Virus record (IMG/VR): IMGVR_UViG_3300033062_002687
Length of the DNA stretch: 64,000 nt
Direction: 5' to 3' (one strand)
Source of the DNA: a virus
Taxonomy: Duplodnaviria; Heunggongvirae; Uroviricota; Caudoviricetes
Shown here: positions 16,841 to 27,079 of the stretch, in pieces
How the letters are laid out: each line of letters starts with the position of its first letter
How positions within the stretch are numbered: position 1 is the first letter of the stretch
Notes under the pieces: generated by a model
The model's input: the letters and a program-made list of their open reading frames with translations, nothing else
What the model was told of the DNA's origin: nothing
Databases searched by the model: none
Program-made: the position numbers and the translations under genes

Positions 16841-17391
16841 TTTGGAAGACCTCGTTCTTCTGGCTGCCTATAACTTATGTCAAGCTTCCTGTAAACATCC
16901 TGCTCGGAATGAACCGGTATTCTTTTACCTGCCTTGTCATAAAGACCATGCTGAGATAACTTCCAGCCTTTTTTCTTTGCCGCAACTCTAAGTCCGATGT
17001 TGCCAGAAAAAGGACCACTATATGTAAGCAATTGTGTTGGCCATTCTTCTTTGGATGAATATCTTATGTCGACTTTTACTCCTTTAACATTAGCCGCGAT
17101 CGATTCTGCGCCACTTGTTGTAATTTTTCCTTTCTTTTCGAGAACTTCAGCTATCTTGAGCTTATCTTTAGGTACCATCACGATATCAACATCGATCGGA
17201 TCAGGACGCTTTCTTCTTATTGAACCAGCAATCTCGATTTTTTCGGCATAGGGCTTTAGAGAAGCTTTCATTTGCCTGGCAAGAGCTATGACTTCTGCTG
17301 GAGAGCGAGTCTTATATGACTTTCCCTTCTTGAAGACCGTCCTTATGCCCTTTCTCGCGAGCATATGCCGATGAGATTCGTATTTCCACAT
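16837..17391 (-). CDS. polX: Minimal family X DNA polymerase (palm+thumb) with tag
   Basis: AGSIRR..DVDIV, VDI, TYSG, KGWKLSQHGLY, PEER motifs. Confidence 0.88.
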   Translation of the reverse strand: MWKYESHRHMLARKGIRTVFKKGKSYKTRSPAEVIALARQMKASLKPYAEKIEIAGSIRRKRPDPIDVDIVMVPKDKLKIAEVLEKKGKITTSGAESIAANVKGVKVDIRYSSKEEWPTQLLTYSGPFSGNIGLRVAAKKKGWKLSQHGLYDKAGKRIPVHSEQDVYRKLDISYRQPEERGLPK

Positions 17392-17402
17392 AAGTTCTCC
17401 TT

Positions 17403-18233
17403 TTATTCATCCGAATACAAATATTTGACTTTTTCTTTTAATCTCTTCGCTTTTTCTTCTGGAGTTTCAACCCATATTCCCTTTGATACCGGTTCTGTTT
17501 TGATTTTAGTTCTTATAGTACCTACTCCCAATGATTTTGCATGTTGTTCACTAGATCCTTTCTTGACAGGAACCACAACTGGCTTGAAATCCTTCGGAGG
17601 TAATGGCAAAAAAGCACCACCTACTAGCTTTTCATCTCTTGCCATATCTTGCTCAGATATAGGCTTTGTATGGAGTAGTTTTTCTTTTAGTTCAGGATTA
17701 CCCAATTGAGATAATTTGAGATCAGCTTTCTTGATTAACTCCTTATCATCACCAGCTTTTTCTTTAACAAGATGCCAATATGCCCTATCCTTTGCCCGTT
17801 CAGCTTCATTAGTCTCAGCTGCCATACGCCGTTGCTTTATTCTTGAACCTTTTAATCCTCCTCCTCCTCCTCTTTTTTCTTCATATCCCTTTTCACTCCA
17901 ATCATTTTCTTTTGCTGACATAAAATGTTTAGATTTATGTTCGGTTTCTTCTTTCCATTTCTTATATTGTTCAGCAACCTTTCTTCCTTCTGCATCATTA
18001 GGAACAACAAATTCAGTTCCGGGTATTTGCAAAGGACCATATTTCCTTATCTTATCTAACTTAACCCATTGTCTAAGGATATCTGCTTCTACGAGCTCAA
18101 GTTTATGGGGTTTCTCAGCCATATATGCTCGTTTCTTGAATGTCGACTTTATACCTTTTGCTGCAAGCATGTGTCGCCATGACTCATTAAACCATCCTTT
18201 CATATTAAATTTATATTTTGTATTTATATTCAT
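17403..18233 (-). CDS. Tag-family protein
   Basis: Tag. Confidence 0.8.
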   Translation of the reverse strand: MNINTKYKFNMKGWFNESWRHMLAAKGIKSTFKKRAYMAEKPHKLELVEADILRQWVKLDKIRKYGPLQIPGTEFVVPNDAEGRKVAEQYKKWKEETEHKSKHFMSAKENDWSEKGYEEKRGGGGGLKGSRIKQRRMAAETNEAERAKDRAYWHLVKEKAGDDKELIKKADLKLSQLGNPELKEKLLHTKPISEQDMARDEKLVGGAFLPLPPKDFKPVVVPVKKGSSEQHAKSLGVGTIRTKIKTEPVSKGIWVETPEEKAKRLKEKVKYLYSDE

Positions 18234-18235
18234 TT

Positions 18236-19153
18236 TTATCCCTCCTGAGATAGCTTTTGAAGCTTTTTCTTTGCTGCTTGTTGTTCAGGACCACTTGCCC
18301 TGAGATTGCTAAGAATATATGCTATTTGATCTGATACTCCTCTAGTTCCATACATCGCTTCTGAATCTTCCAATGCATCAACATATGTCTGAGCGTACGG
18401 ATTCAGCTTGAAGTTTGCATCCCTGATTATCTTCCTCACATTACTTGATGTAAGATCGCCTTCTCCCTTGAATGCAGTACCTTCCTCGCGCATTTTCTGA
18501 GCCTGAGCAATTTCTGCCTTTTCAACTGATATAAATGGAACTTCCTTTTTCTTGAACTCAACTACACCAGGAACATCAGTAGCTTCAGGCTCTTCACCAG
18601 CAAATGCCTTAATATCACGAGATTTCTCTTCCTGCCTTATTTCAGCAAGTGCCTTTTCTATATCTGCCTTTGAAACATCATCCCTGTCAGAAAACTCGAG
18701 CTCTTTGAATTCTTCTGCACTAATGGAACCGAGAAGGTTTCTTGCCTTCTTCATTTTTTCGATCTCTTCAGGCTTAAGAGCCATGTATTTCCTAAGAGCA
18801 TGAGTTACATCTTGTTTTTGTTCTGCAGATAACTCACGCCAGGATTTGCTAAACATTTCAACTGCCATATCATCATAATTTTTCTCTTTTAGAGCCATGT
18901 ATTTTCTAAGAGCAAGTTCGACAGCATCAGCATCTACACCACCAAGCTGCTTAGTGTATTTTGAACCTTTTAATCGTTTCGCATAATCTTTTGCGATATC
19001 TTCCCTACAATGCTTATGCATCAAAATTGATTTTGTCTTGATTCCCTTGAAGACCATATGCTTTGTCTTGACGCCTTTAGCTGCAAGCATATGACGCCAT
19101 GAATCATTGAACCAACCTTTCATGTTGAATTTGTATTTTGTGTTTATATTCAT
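18236..19153 (-). CDS. Tag-family multi-module protein
   Basis: Tag; duplicated ALRKYMALK. Confidence 0.8.
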   Translation of the reverse strand: MNINTKYKFNMKGWFNDSWRHMLAAKGVKTKHMVFKGIKTKSILMHKHCREDIAKDYAKRLKGSKYTKQLGGVDADAVELALRKYMALKEKNYDDMAVEMFSKSWRELSAEQKQDVTHALRKYMALKPEEIEKMKKARNLLGSISAEEFKELEFSDRDDVSKADIEKALAEIRQEEKSRDIKAFAGEEPEATDVPGVVEFKKKEVPFISVEKAEIAQAQKMREEGTAFKGEGDLTSSNVRKIIRDANFKLNPYAQTYVDALEDSEAMYGTRGVSDQIAYILSNLRASGPEQQAAKKKLQKLSQEG

Positions 19154-19159
19154 TTTTAT

Positions 19160-20071
19160 TCACCATTCCTCACCAGGTTTTAATGGCCCTGATAAACCAT
19201 ATTTCTTTTTAAGAACTGAAAAAGGAGCTGTCCTAATAAATTTATCTTCCTTGAATCTTCTTTCACGCTCATCAATACCGCCATGCCAATCATTGTCCGG
19301 ACTTAAAACATATGTTTTGCCTCCTTCCCTGAACTGGACCCAGTCATGAGCGCTTTCGATTCTCCTGACAGGCTTACCATAATTTTTATATGATTCAACC
19401 TTTTTTTTCTTAACTGGCTGAGTCAACCAACTAAACATTGATTCAGGTTTTTCTGCCTGATATTTCTTCGGTTTTTTAGCATCTTCCAATGCTTTCTCAA
19501 ATGAAAGATCTTTCTCAAATCCCGGCTCTCCGCCAAATAAACCACCAGTCATCTTGTAACCACCATCAACTTTCCTAAATTTCAATATCTGCATACCGGG
19601 AAAAGGATACTCAGTAAATGCTTCAAGCTCATCTTTCGACAAAGGATCACCACGCTCCATTTTTTGTCTGGCTTGTTCACGAACAGCATCTAAATCAGAT
19701 TTAGTCACCTGAAATTTTTTACTATCATATTTTTTCTTTTTCATAAGTTCGACCTTATCTTGAACTTCTTTTCGTTTATCCCATGGTAGATTATTGAAGC
19801 TACTTCCATATTGTGCATATGAATAAGCGTCAAGATCAGATAACTTAGGCCCGATTGTAATTGGTGTCTCCACTGCAAGTTGACGAGCCTTTTTATCTCT
19901 TTCCATCATCTGAAGATAAAATTCAGCTTTAGCTTTATGATGTTTTTCCAATTGCTCCTTTGAAGCCGCATAATGAACTTTTGTTTTTATGCCTTTAGCT
20001 GCTAGCATATGTCGCCAACTATCTTTAAACCATCCTTTCGTATTGAATTTGTATTTTGAATTGATGTTCAT
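19160..20071 (-). CDS. Tag-family multi-module protein
   Basis: Tag. Confidence 0.8.
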   Translation of the reverse strand: MNINSKYKFNTKGWFKDSWRHMLAAKGIKTKVHYAASKEQLEKHHKAKAEFYLQMMERDKKARQLAVETPITIGPKLSDLDAYSYAQYGSSFNNLPWDKRKEVQDKVELMKKKKYDSKKFQVTKSDLDAVREQARQKMERGDPLSKDELEAFTEYPFPGMQILKFRKVDGGYKMTGGLFGGEPGFEKDLSFEKALEDAKKPKKYQAEKPESMFSWLTQPVKKKKVESYKNYGKPVRRIESAHDWVQFREGGKTYVLSPDNDWHGGIDERERRFKEDKFIRTAPFSVLKKKYGLSGPLKPGEEW

Positions 20072-20082
20072 TTTTATTCACC

Positions 20083-21546
20083 TCAAAATCCATAATCCCT
20101 TCGTATCTGTTTACCAAGCCTTTCCATTTTTTCTTTTTCTGTTTCTTCAACTTCATGTATTGGAACAACTGGTACGAAAATTACATCTTCATCATAATCT
20201 TCATCTTCGAATTCATCATATTTTGGACGTTTCGCCTCTTCAGCCTTTCGTTCTGCTTCCATCTTAAGAAACCGATCATTAGAATCTTTCATTGCCTGTA
20301 TATGCATCTTTGTAATTGCAATCCTTTGCTCAGGAGTCTTAAATATACCAGTTGCATATAATGCATTTTCTAAAAATCCTCTTTTCTTTTCTTTATTTTC
20401 TTCAGGCTTTTCTTCAGGCTTTTCTGCTTTGTACTTCCTCTTGCTTTTTTTTACCTGTTTCTTAATTGTTTTTGCACCAATATATACTGCACCAGCTGCA
20501 ACTCCGATTGGAATCAGCGGCACTACAGCAGCACCTGCAGTTCCGACTGCATCACCTGCAATAACAGGCAAGTCTCCAGCCACATAGGTCGGAATATATG
20601 ACATGTATTTCCTTGGTTTTTTCTTCTCGTATTTCTTTTCCATTGCGAGAAGATGAGTGTAGTAAAATTTGTCCTCAACAAGATGATCTTGAGCAATTTC
20701 GCGAGCAATCTTTGGATTAGTTGTATGCTCCATCTCAACTTTTATTCCTTTCTTTAGCTGATCCTGATTGAAATCCTTTGGAGATTTTCCTGAAGAGAGG
20801 CCTCCTTTTATGAACTCATGAGGCTTTCTTGCTGCAAAATAATATCTCCAACTAATTTTACCAGATTTTCTATTTTCAGTTGAAATATCAACATCAGTTT
20901 TTTCATGCTTATTTAAATTAGCATAAGGCTTACCATATAATTCTGAAGACATTTGCTCTAACTCATCAATTGAAGGTTTTCTAGCAAGCAAAGGCTTTTT
21001 TGCCATAAAGCCATATTCTCTTTCCTGAATCTCAATCTCATGCTTACTTTTTAATGGCTTTACATGCTGCTCAGCATCTTCTTTCCTTGCCATATTTGGC
21101 TCACCATAGCTTATTCTTTTTAGCTGAGCATCAATATCTTCCTTTTCCCGCCGATCTAATTCTCCATAGTACTTTCCATAAATCATTCTTGACAAGACCT
21201 GTTTTCGAGGAAGATCTTTCTCTGCCAGGTATTCCAATCTCGAAGATTTCTTATGTTGTTTTTTTCCCATGATCCAATCTTTGTTTAATCCTTCCTTTTC
21301 TAGCTTATCAAGCTCCTCATTAAGTTTTTTTTCGTTCCTGATACGCATCTCTTCATGATATCTTCGCTCACCCTCTGCAAATGCAGTTGGCTTTGATTTT
21401 TCAAGCAATTTCCTGTAACCGGGATGAAGCCTGGCTGTTTTTGAAGCAAAATGAGCTGTTTTGATCCCCTTTGCCGCAAGCATATGCCTCCAACTATCTT
21501 TGAACCAACCTTGCATATTGAACCTGTATTTTGTGTTGATGTTCAT
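20083..21546 (-). CDS. Tag-family multi-module protein (DUF5661-like module plus coat-like module)
   Basis: Tag; GIKVEMEHT...IAQDHLVED..YYTHL; YVAGDLPVIAGDAVGTAGAAVV. Confidence 0.8.
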   Translation of the reverse strand: MNINTKYRFNMQGWFKDSWRHMLAAKGIKTAHFASKTARLHPGYRKLLEKSKPTAFAEGERRYHEEMRIRNEKKLNEELDKLEKEGLNKDWIMGKKQHKKSSRLEYLAEKDLPRKQVLSRMIYGKYYGELDRREKEDIDAQLKRISYGEPNMARKEDAEQHVKPLKSKHEIEIQEREYGFMAKKPLLARKPSIDELEQMSSELYGKPYANLNKHEKTDVDISTENRKSGKISWRYYFAARKPHEFIKGGLSSGKSPKDFNQDQLKKGIKVEMEHTTNPKIAREIAQDHLVEDKFYYTHLLAMEKKYEKKKPRKYMSYIPTYVAGDLPVIAGDAVGTAGAAVVPLIPIGVAAGAVYIGAKTIKKQVKKSKRKYKAEKPEEKPEENKEKKRGFLENALYATGIFKTPEQRIAITKMHIQAMKDSNDRFLKMEAERKAEEAKRPKYDEFEDEDYDEDVIFVPVVPIHEVEETEKEKMERLGKQIRRDYGF

Positions 21547-21555
21547 CTTCTTGTC

Positions 21556-24500
21556 TCATGAAGTGGTAATTGACCATGGTAGTAATGAATAATACATCTG
21601 AGGATAAATATCCCTTGGAATTGTTGCAAAAAAATACAAGTTTACAGTATTGCCTCCTGAAATATTGTAATTCAAGCTTCTTTGTGTATTATTCTCCAAT
21701 ACGATTGATGAAACTGCATCATTAACTGTATTGACCCTGAAATTGCTTGCTGGCAACGAATAGCCGCTCAAAACTGAACCTGTAAGATCATAAGCAATAA
21801 TTCCAACCTGCAGAAGAGTATTTCCTGTATTATTTATCATCAAAGGCAATTGCGCGCTGACATTTACCATACCTGGAGTCATTATAGCAAAGCTAACTGA
21901 ATCCAAAGATACTTTTGATGAAAGTAGCTGATAATATTCACAATAGCTCGTATTCAATAAATATGTTGTGTTATGAAAAAATCCATCATAGATACTTACA
22001 TTCAGATCATATAATCCTGCTGGATAATAATACTGCATTGTTATATTACAATCAGCCCTGCTATCAACATCTCCTGTTGGAGTTATTGTGCATGTTCCCT
22101 GGAATATATTTGAATCCAATTTTATCTGAGCAGCTGCAGCTGACAAATTATTATTCCCACCAACTGCCTTTATACTGAAACTTATTGGCATGTTTACAGT
22201 TGAAGCTTGAACTGGCATTGTCGCATTGCATGATGAATTCAAGATTTGTGCTATAGCCTCATGATATAGATCCTCGAAATTAAAAGTAACCGAATCATTA
22301 CCAAGCATTCCAACTGAATTATTGGCATATATCGTCACTGAATAATTACCATCAGTTAATGCAGTATTATTTATGAAAGAGAACTCACTTATATCATAAG
22401 GATTCTTTGTATAGCAACCTGAATTATTTCCTTCACAGATAAAAATATCCTCAATTCTCGTATCTACACTGCAACCATCACACTGATAATTCAATGATAC
22501 TATATTCACCCTGTCGAGACTTGTAGTTGAAACCAAGAAACTATATCCATTTCCACTATTATCATAAAGAACTCCATCTATTGTATAATAGCATTTATCT
22601 GTCGAACTGTTAGCAAAAATTGATAAGTTATACATCTGTCCTGTATTATATGCAACAAGTTGTGTTTGAATTGAAGGAGAAATATAATTAATTGTTGCTG
22701 ATGTATAAAAATAATTCGAGTTAGCTTCAAGCCCACATGTATCCCAGATTGCTCCATGCTTTCCGACAGTAAACCTTGTCCCGCCATCAGAACTAAAATT
22801 TGCTCTTAGTGAAATTGTTATCGAATCAGAAGATGTAATATTTAGATACGTACTACCAGACCTAAAAAAGCCATCTGATATAATTCCCCATCCAGCAAAC
22901 CAGACATATTGGTTCCAATAAGCGCCCATATATTCTGAGTTTCCAATATCTCCACTACTTGTTCTTGAGAAAGTATCGAAGTCGATATATGATAATATTA
23001 GCCTGAACCGACTATCATTTATCCAGATTTTATCAATATTATCAATGCTTGATATGGTTCCATTTATCTCAACAGGATAATCTGAAGTCCCATTTATTAG
23101 CTGAAGATTCTCCGGATATGTTATATTAACATATACTGAATAATCAGATTCTGAACAATTCTCAACCTTTTCTGTAGTATCTATTAGATAACCTTCTAAA
23201 GAAACATTCCAGAAACTTCCCGTTGACTGCCAGTCTATATCGACACAGGTTGATGTTCCGTCACCTGCATAACCAATATAATATTGGTCTGCCGAGGCTG
23301 CATATTGAACGCAGTTACTCCATATCCCACAATTAACCTCTGAGGTTGGGTTTGTATCTGAAACAGAAGCCCAGTTGAAACCAAAGAATTCTGTGCTGTT
23401 TCCTGTAATAAAATACCAAGTCCCATCTTTTTCAAAAACTGAAAGTGCCACTCCATCCCAAGCACTTAGACCGCCAACTATTCCATCATCCTGTTGCCAT
23501 GTAGAACCAGTCCAGTTAAATCCATAGAAATCACCCTCTGCTCCTGCAATAAGATACCAAGTTCCGTCTTTTTCAAATATTGATGGAGCATTATACTGAC
23601 CTATATATCCAAGACCATTCACTATTCCATCATCTTCTTGCCATGTTGTTCCTGTCCAGTTGAATCCATAAAAAGTTCCATTATTCACTCCCGTAATTAA
23701 ATGCCATGTTGAGTCCTTGTAGAATACTGAAGGAATTAGGGAAGAACCTGTAATATCTAATCCAAGAATTATTCCATCATCCTGTTGCCATGCAGAACCA
23801 GTCCAGTTGAATCCGAAAAAATGGTATGGTGCAGGTTGATTATAATAACTTCCTGAAATCAAATACCATGTTGAGTCTTTATAGAAAACAGAAGGACTCG
23901 AAGCTTGACCAACATCAGTTAATCCTATGATACTCCCATTATCCTGTTGCCATCCTGCTTCTGTCCAATTGAAACCAAGGAAAACTCCATCTTCATTTCC
24001 TGAAATCAAATACCAAGTTGAGTCCTTGTAGAATACTGAAGGAGTTAAATAAGTATCTTCTGTAACCAAGCCATTCGATATTCTTTCATCAATATTCCAT
24101 TTATTAACAGATGATTCAATACAAACATTACCTACGGAAACATTCCAGATTCCTGTATCTGCATCACAAACTCCTGCACCGTCGCAGAGACCATTATCTC
24201 CATGCATAGTATAATTATTCACGCAACCAAGATATGACTGGGAACAATCATCCTTCAAATCCTCAGATGATAATTCATTTGCACAAGAACCTGCACTGCA
24301 AACCTGACAGGTTGGGCAATCAGTTATTGCTGAAGTGTTGCAAGCTCCTGCTCCGTTACAGAGACCATTGTATTCCTGAACAGCATATCCACTGCAAGTT
24401 GTAGAAACATTGCATTCGCTCTTTGCATCTTCATTTGAAAGTTCATTCACGCAACTTCCACCACTACACTTCATACAAAGTGAGCAATTTTCATCATCTG

Positions 24501-26877
24501 TGCATTCTGCTGGTGGAGCTTCTTCAATATTCATTTCTACATACATATTATAGATAGTCAATTCCTCTGCAGTATAAAAACCTATTGTTGGTCTTAAATT
24601 TGATTGCATCTCTGAACCTTTAACCATAGTGACATTTAAGGCGTTAATACCTTGTTTCCACGCCCTAATTTGCCTATGTGTTGTATTAAAATCAGAAATA
24701 TTAACTTCATAAACTGCTATTCCTCCAACATCGGGACACAAACTTTCCGCAACTGTCTGATATCCTAATATTCCAGCGTCATTATAAATATCAAAAGAAC
24801 ATTCCAGAGAATCTTTATTATCACTAAACATAAGATAGTCACCAGGATAATTATAATAATGGTCATTTCTTGGATTTCCGCCAGGATAATCATTATACCC
24901 TATAAAAGCATACATAGTGCTTATATCTGTTGTGCCATTCCATTTAAAATAAAGATAACTCATATTCACCCCCCAATAAGAAGTGAGATTTAAAAAAGCT
25001 TCATCAGCAGCGGTTGTTGTCATTAAAGAATTATCCTCAATTCTCCATGAAGTTCCCATCACTTCTGTCCAATTCTTGTCTAATATTGTGTTGTTAGGTC
25101 TTATGAATGTATCTTCGTATGTTACTATTGATGGAGCTTCTTCAACAGGATTCCATAAGAAATATGGATATGAAGCTCCCTCATTTATGCCCCAGATGTT
25201 TGTGAAGTCGAAGCCAGTATAACTGGATTCTTGTTTAGCTTGAACTATAGACAGATTAGTAGCAGTTCCAGAAGAACAACCATCTCCAGAGATTCCAGTT
25301 GATTCAATGTAATATACATTGTTGCAAATTACAGTTCCACCACCAGCTATGTTATAAACTGGAACTGTCCCATTTGTCGTTATTATATTTATAAATCCTG
25401 CATAATAAACATCATTCACGTTCACAGTGTATGATTTGGAAAATCCGATTAAACCACCGATACCTCTCAAAGTATTATCAGAATATTCAACCTGAACATC
25501 CATCTGTGAATATGAATCAGTTATAGTCGCATCTGCCTGAACTTCTCCGAATAATCCCCCTATTTCTGTTTCAGTATCTATTGATGTAGCATTAATTTTT
25601 CCTTTTGTGTAAGAATCGTTAAGATAAGTTCCATAAAACTCTCCTGAAAATCCACCAATGTGCATATCCGCAGAAATATTTCCTTCAAAACTTGAATTGT
25701 ATATATTTCCACCAGACAAATAACCATAAAATCCACCAACATACTTCAATGTTGGAACATCAATCCTTCCTGTAACGTGAACATTTTGTGTTATTGATAC
25801 CTCACCATCAACTGCTCCAGCAAGAGTTCCAACACAACATTCACCATATCCACCTGTTTCATCCGTTCTTTGTATGTAAAGATTTTCAAAATTTACATTT
25901 TTAATGAAAGCTGAAGAATCGATTGAACCAAAAAATCCCCATCCACCTATCTCTCCATTATCAAAGACAGGAATGTAGAGATTGCTTATAGTATGACCAC
26001 GACCATCGAATGTTCCTTCAAAATAATTTGTCCAATCTCCGACAGGTGTCCAGTTGCCCCAGGAACCCATATCAATGTCATTGCCAAGAGCATAACTTAC
26101 AGTAAGATTATCTCTCATAGCATCGAGTTCAGCAGGTGTTGTTATGATGAAAGGATTTTCTGGTGTTCCGATTTCGACTAGTGGCGTTTGAGGAATTTCC
26201 CCTGTATTTGTTATGAATATCTCATCGAACCAACTACCTAAATCACCACTATATAATTTTATATTATCTAACCCTCCTGCATCTTTTGATGCTGAAGCAA
26301 TGTCAATCCCATTAACCTTACAAGCTATATCTGAACCTGAAAAATTAAAAGTGATATTAAGCCATGTTCCTGCGAGTCTTGTTATGCCTGAATCATACCA
26401 ACTGGAATTAGCATAATAATAGTAATTAGTTGGGGAAAAATCTGATGTATAAATAAATGACATTCTTATAGCTGTTCCATATACATAAAAACCTGAAGTT
26501 TGTGAACCTCCATTATCATACCATCTCAAACTTACTATTCCAGCAAATGTGCTATTTTGGATTATTATGGAAGCAATAGAATTAGGAGCATCTAATTTCA
26601 AGCTGTAAGTTCCCAATGAACTCCGAGTTGAATCATATACTGCTGTTCCCATAGCATCTGCGTCACTCCACCCATAATCAAATGCAGAGCTTCCATTGAT
26701 AGTTATGGGAGTTCCGTTAAATGCAATATCTGTGCTTTCCAAGCCATCTGTAAAATAATAAGTTCCGTTGTAATAATAGTCAGTCCTGTCTGTAGATTGT
26801 GTTGCAGAAACAGACATAGCAGAAGCTAAAGATAAAATAAAAATAAAAAATAATAAATTAATTTTTTTTATATCCAT
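21556..26877 (-). CDS. Large secreted adhesin-like protein (GLUG-like repeats, beta-propeller repeats, Cys-rich modules)
   Basis: Signal peptide; VGG/IGG GLUG-like repeats; 5x PSVFYKDSTWYLISG..FNWTG repeats. Confidence 0.85.
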   Translation of the reverse strand: MDIKKINLLFFIFILSLASAMSVSATQSTDRTDYYYNGTYYFTDGLESTDIAFNGTPITINGSSAFDYGWSDADAMGTAVYDSTRSSLGTYSLKLDAPNSIASIIIQNSTFAGIVSLRWYDNGGSQTSGFYVYGTAIRMSFIYTSDFSPTNYYYYANSSWYDSGITRLAGTWLNITFNFSGSDIACKVNGIDIASASKDAGGLDNIKLYSGDLGSWFDEIFITNTGEIPQTPLVEIGTPENPFIITTPAELDAMRDNLTVSYALGNDIDMGSWGNWTPVGDWTNYFEGTFDGRGHTISNLYIPVFDNGEIGGWGFFGSIDSSAFIKNVNFENLYIQRTDETGGYGECCVGTLAGAVDGEVSITQNVHVTGRIDVPTLKYVGGFYGYLSGGNIYNSSFEGNISADMHIGGFSGEFYGTYLNDSYTKGKINATSIDTETEIGGLFGEVQADATITDSYSQMDVQVEYSDNTLRGIGGLIGFSKSYTVNVNDVYYAGFINIITTNGTVPVYNIAGGGTVICNNVYYIESTGISGDGCSSGTATNLSIVQAKQESSYTGFDFTNIWGINEGASYPYFLWNPVEEAPSIVTYEDTFIRPNNTILDKNWTEVMGTSWRIEDNSLMTTTAADEAFLNLTSYWGVNMSYLYFKWNGTTDISTMYAFIGYNDYPGGNPRNDHYYNYPGDYLMFSDNKDSLECSFDIYNDAGILGYQTVAESLCPDVGGIAVYEVNISDFNTTHRQIRAWKQGINALNVTMVKGSEMQSNLRPTIGFYTAEELTIYNMYVEMNIEEAPPAECTDDENCSLCMKCSGGSCVNELSNEDAKSECNVSTTCSGYAVQEYNGLCNGAGACNTSAITDCPTCQVCSAGSCANELSSEDLKDDCSQSYLGCVNNYTMHGDNGLCDGAGVCDADTGIWNVSVGNVCIESSVNKWNIDERISNGLVTEDTYLTPSVFYKDSTWYLISGNEDGVFLGFNWTEAGWQQDNGSIIGLTDVGQASSPSVFYKDSTWYLISGSYYNQPAPYHFFGFNWTGSAWQQDDGIILGLDITGSSLIPSVFYKDSTWHLITGVNNGTFYGFNWTGTTWQEDDGIVNGLGYIGQYNAPSIFEKDGTWYLIAGAEGDFYGFNWTGSTWQQDDGIVGGLSAWDGVALSVFEKDGTWYFITGNSTEFFGFNWASVSDTNPTSEVNCGIWSNCVQYAASADQYYIGYAGDGTSTCVDIDWQSTGSFWNVSLEGYLIDTTEKVENCSESDYSVYVNITYPENLQLINGTSDYPVEINGTISSIDNIDKIWINDSRFRLILSYIDFDTFSRTSSGDIGNSEYMGAYWNQYVWFAGWGIISDGFFRSGSTYLNITSSDSITISLRANFSSDGGTRFTVGKHGAIWDTCGLEANSNYFYTSATINYISPSIQTQLVAYNTGQMYNLSIFANSSTDKCYYTIDGVLYDNSGNGYSFLVSTTSLDRVNIVSLNYQCDGCSVDTRIEDIFICEGNNSGCYTKNPYDISEFSFINNTALTDGNYSVTIYANNSVGMLGNDSVTFNFEDLYHEAIAQILNSSCNATMPVQASTVNMPISFSIKAVGGNNNLSAAAAQIKLDSNIFQGTCTITPTGDVDSRADCNITMQYYYPAGLYDLNVSIYDGFFHNTTYLLNTSYCEYYQLLSSKVSLDSVSFAIMTPGMVNVSAQLPLMINNTGNTLLQVGIIAYDLTGSVLSGYSLPASNFRVNTVNDAVSSIVLENNTQRSLNYNISGGNTVNLYFFATIPRDIYPQMYYSLLPWSITTS
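23360..24060 (-). repeat. Five intragenic ~140-bp repeats (propeller blades)
   Basis: Recurrent ccagttgaa / tcctgttgccat / gagtccttgtag strings. Confidence 0.8.
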
Positions 26878-26881
26878 GTTT

Positions 26882-27067
26882 TCACCGTTTCAATGACTTT
26901 CTTAATCCTCCAAACACGTAGGCGCGAGGGTTTCTAATTACTTTTCCATGCGCTGTCATTCCCTTTTTACCCTTAAGCCGCCTGTCAATCTTAGTCACTG
27001 TACCTTTGAGATGCCTAAGAGTCTTCGCTGACACGACAAGCCGTCCGGTTTTAGTTATCCTTCCCAT
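26882..27067 (-). CDS. Small basic protein
   Basis: 61 aa, K/R-rich, GGAGG RBS. Confidence 0.7.
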   Translation of the reverse strand: MGRITKTGRLVVSAKTLRHLKGTVTKIDRRLKGKKGMTAHGKVIRNPRAYVFGGLRKSLKR

Positions 27068-27079
27068 TGTTTTGCCTCC

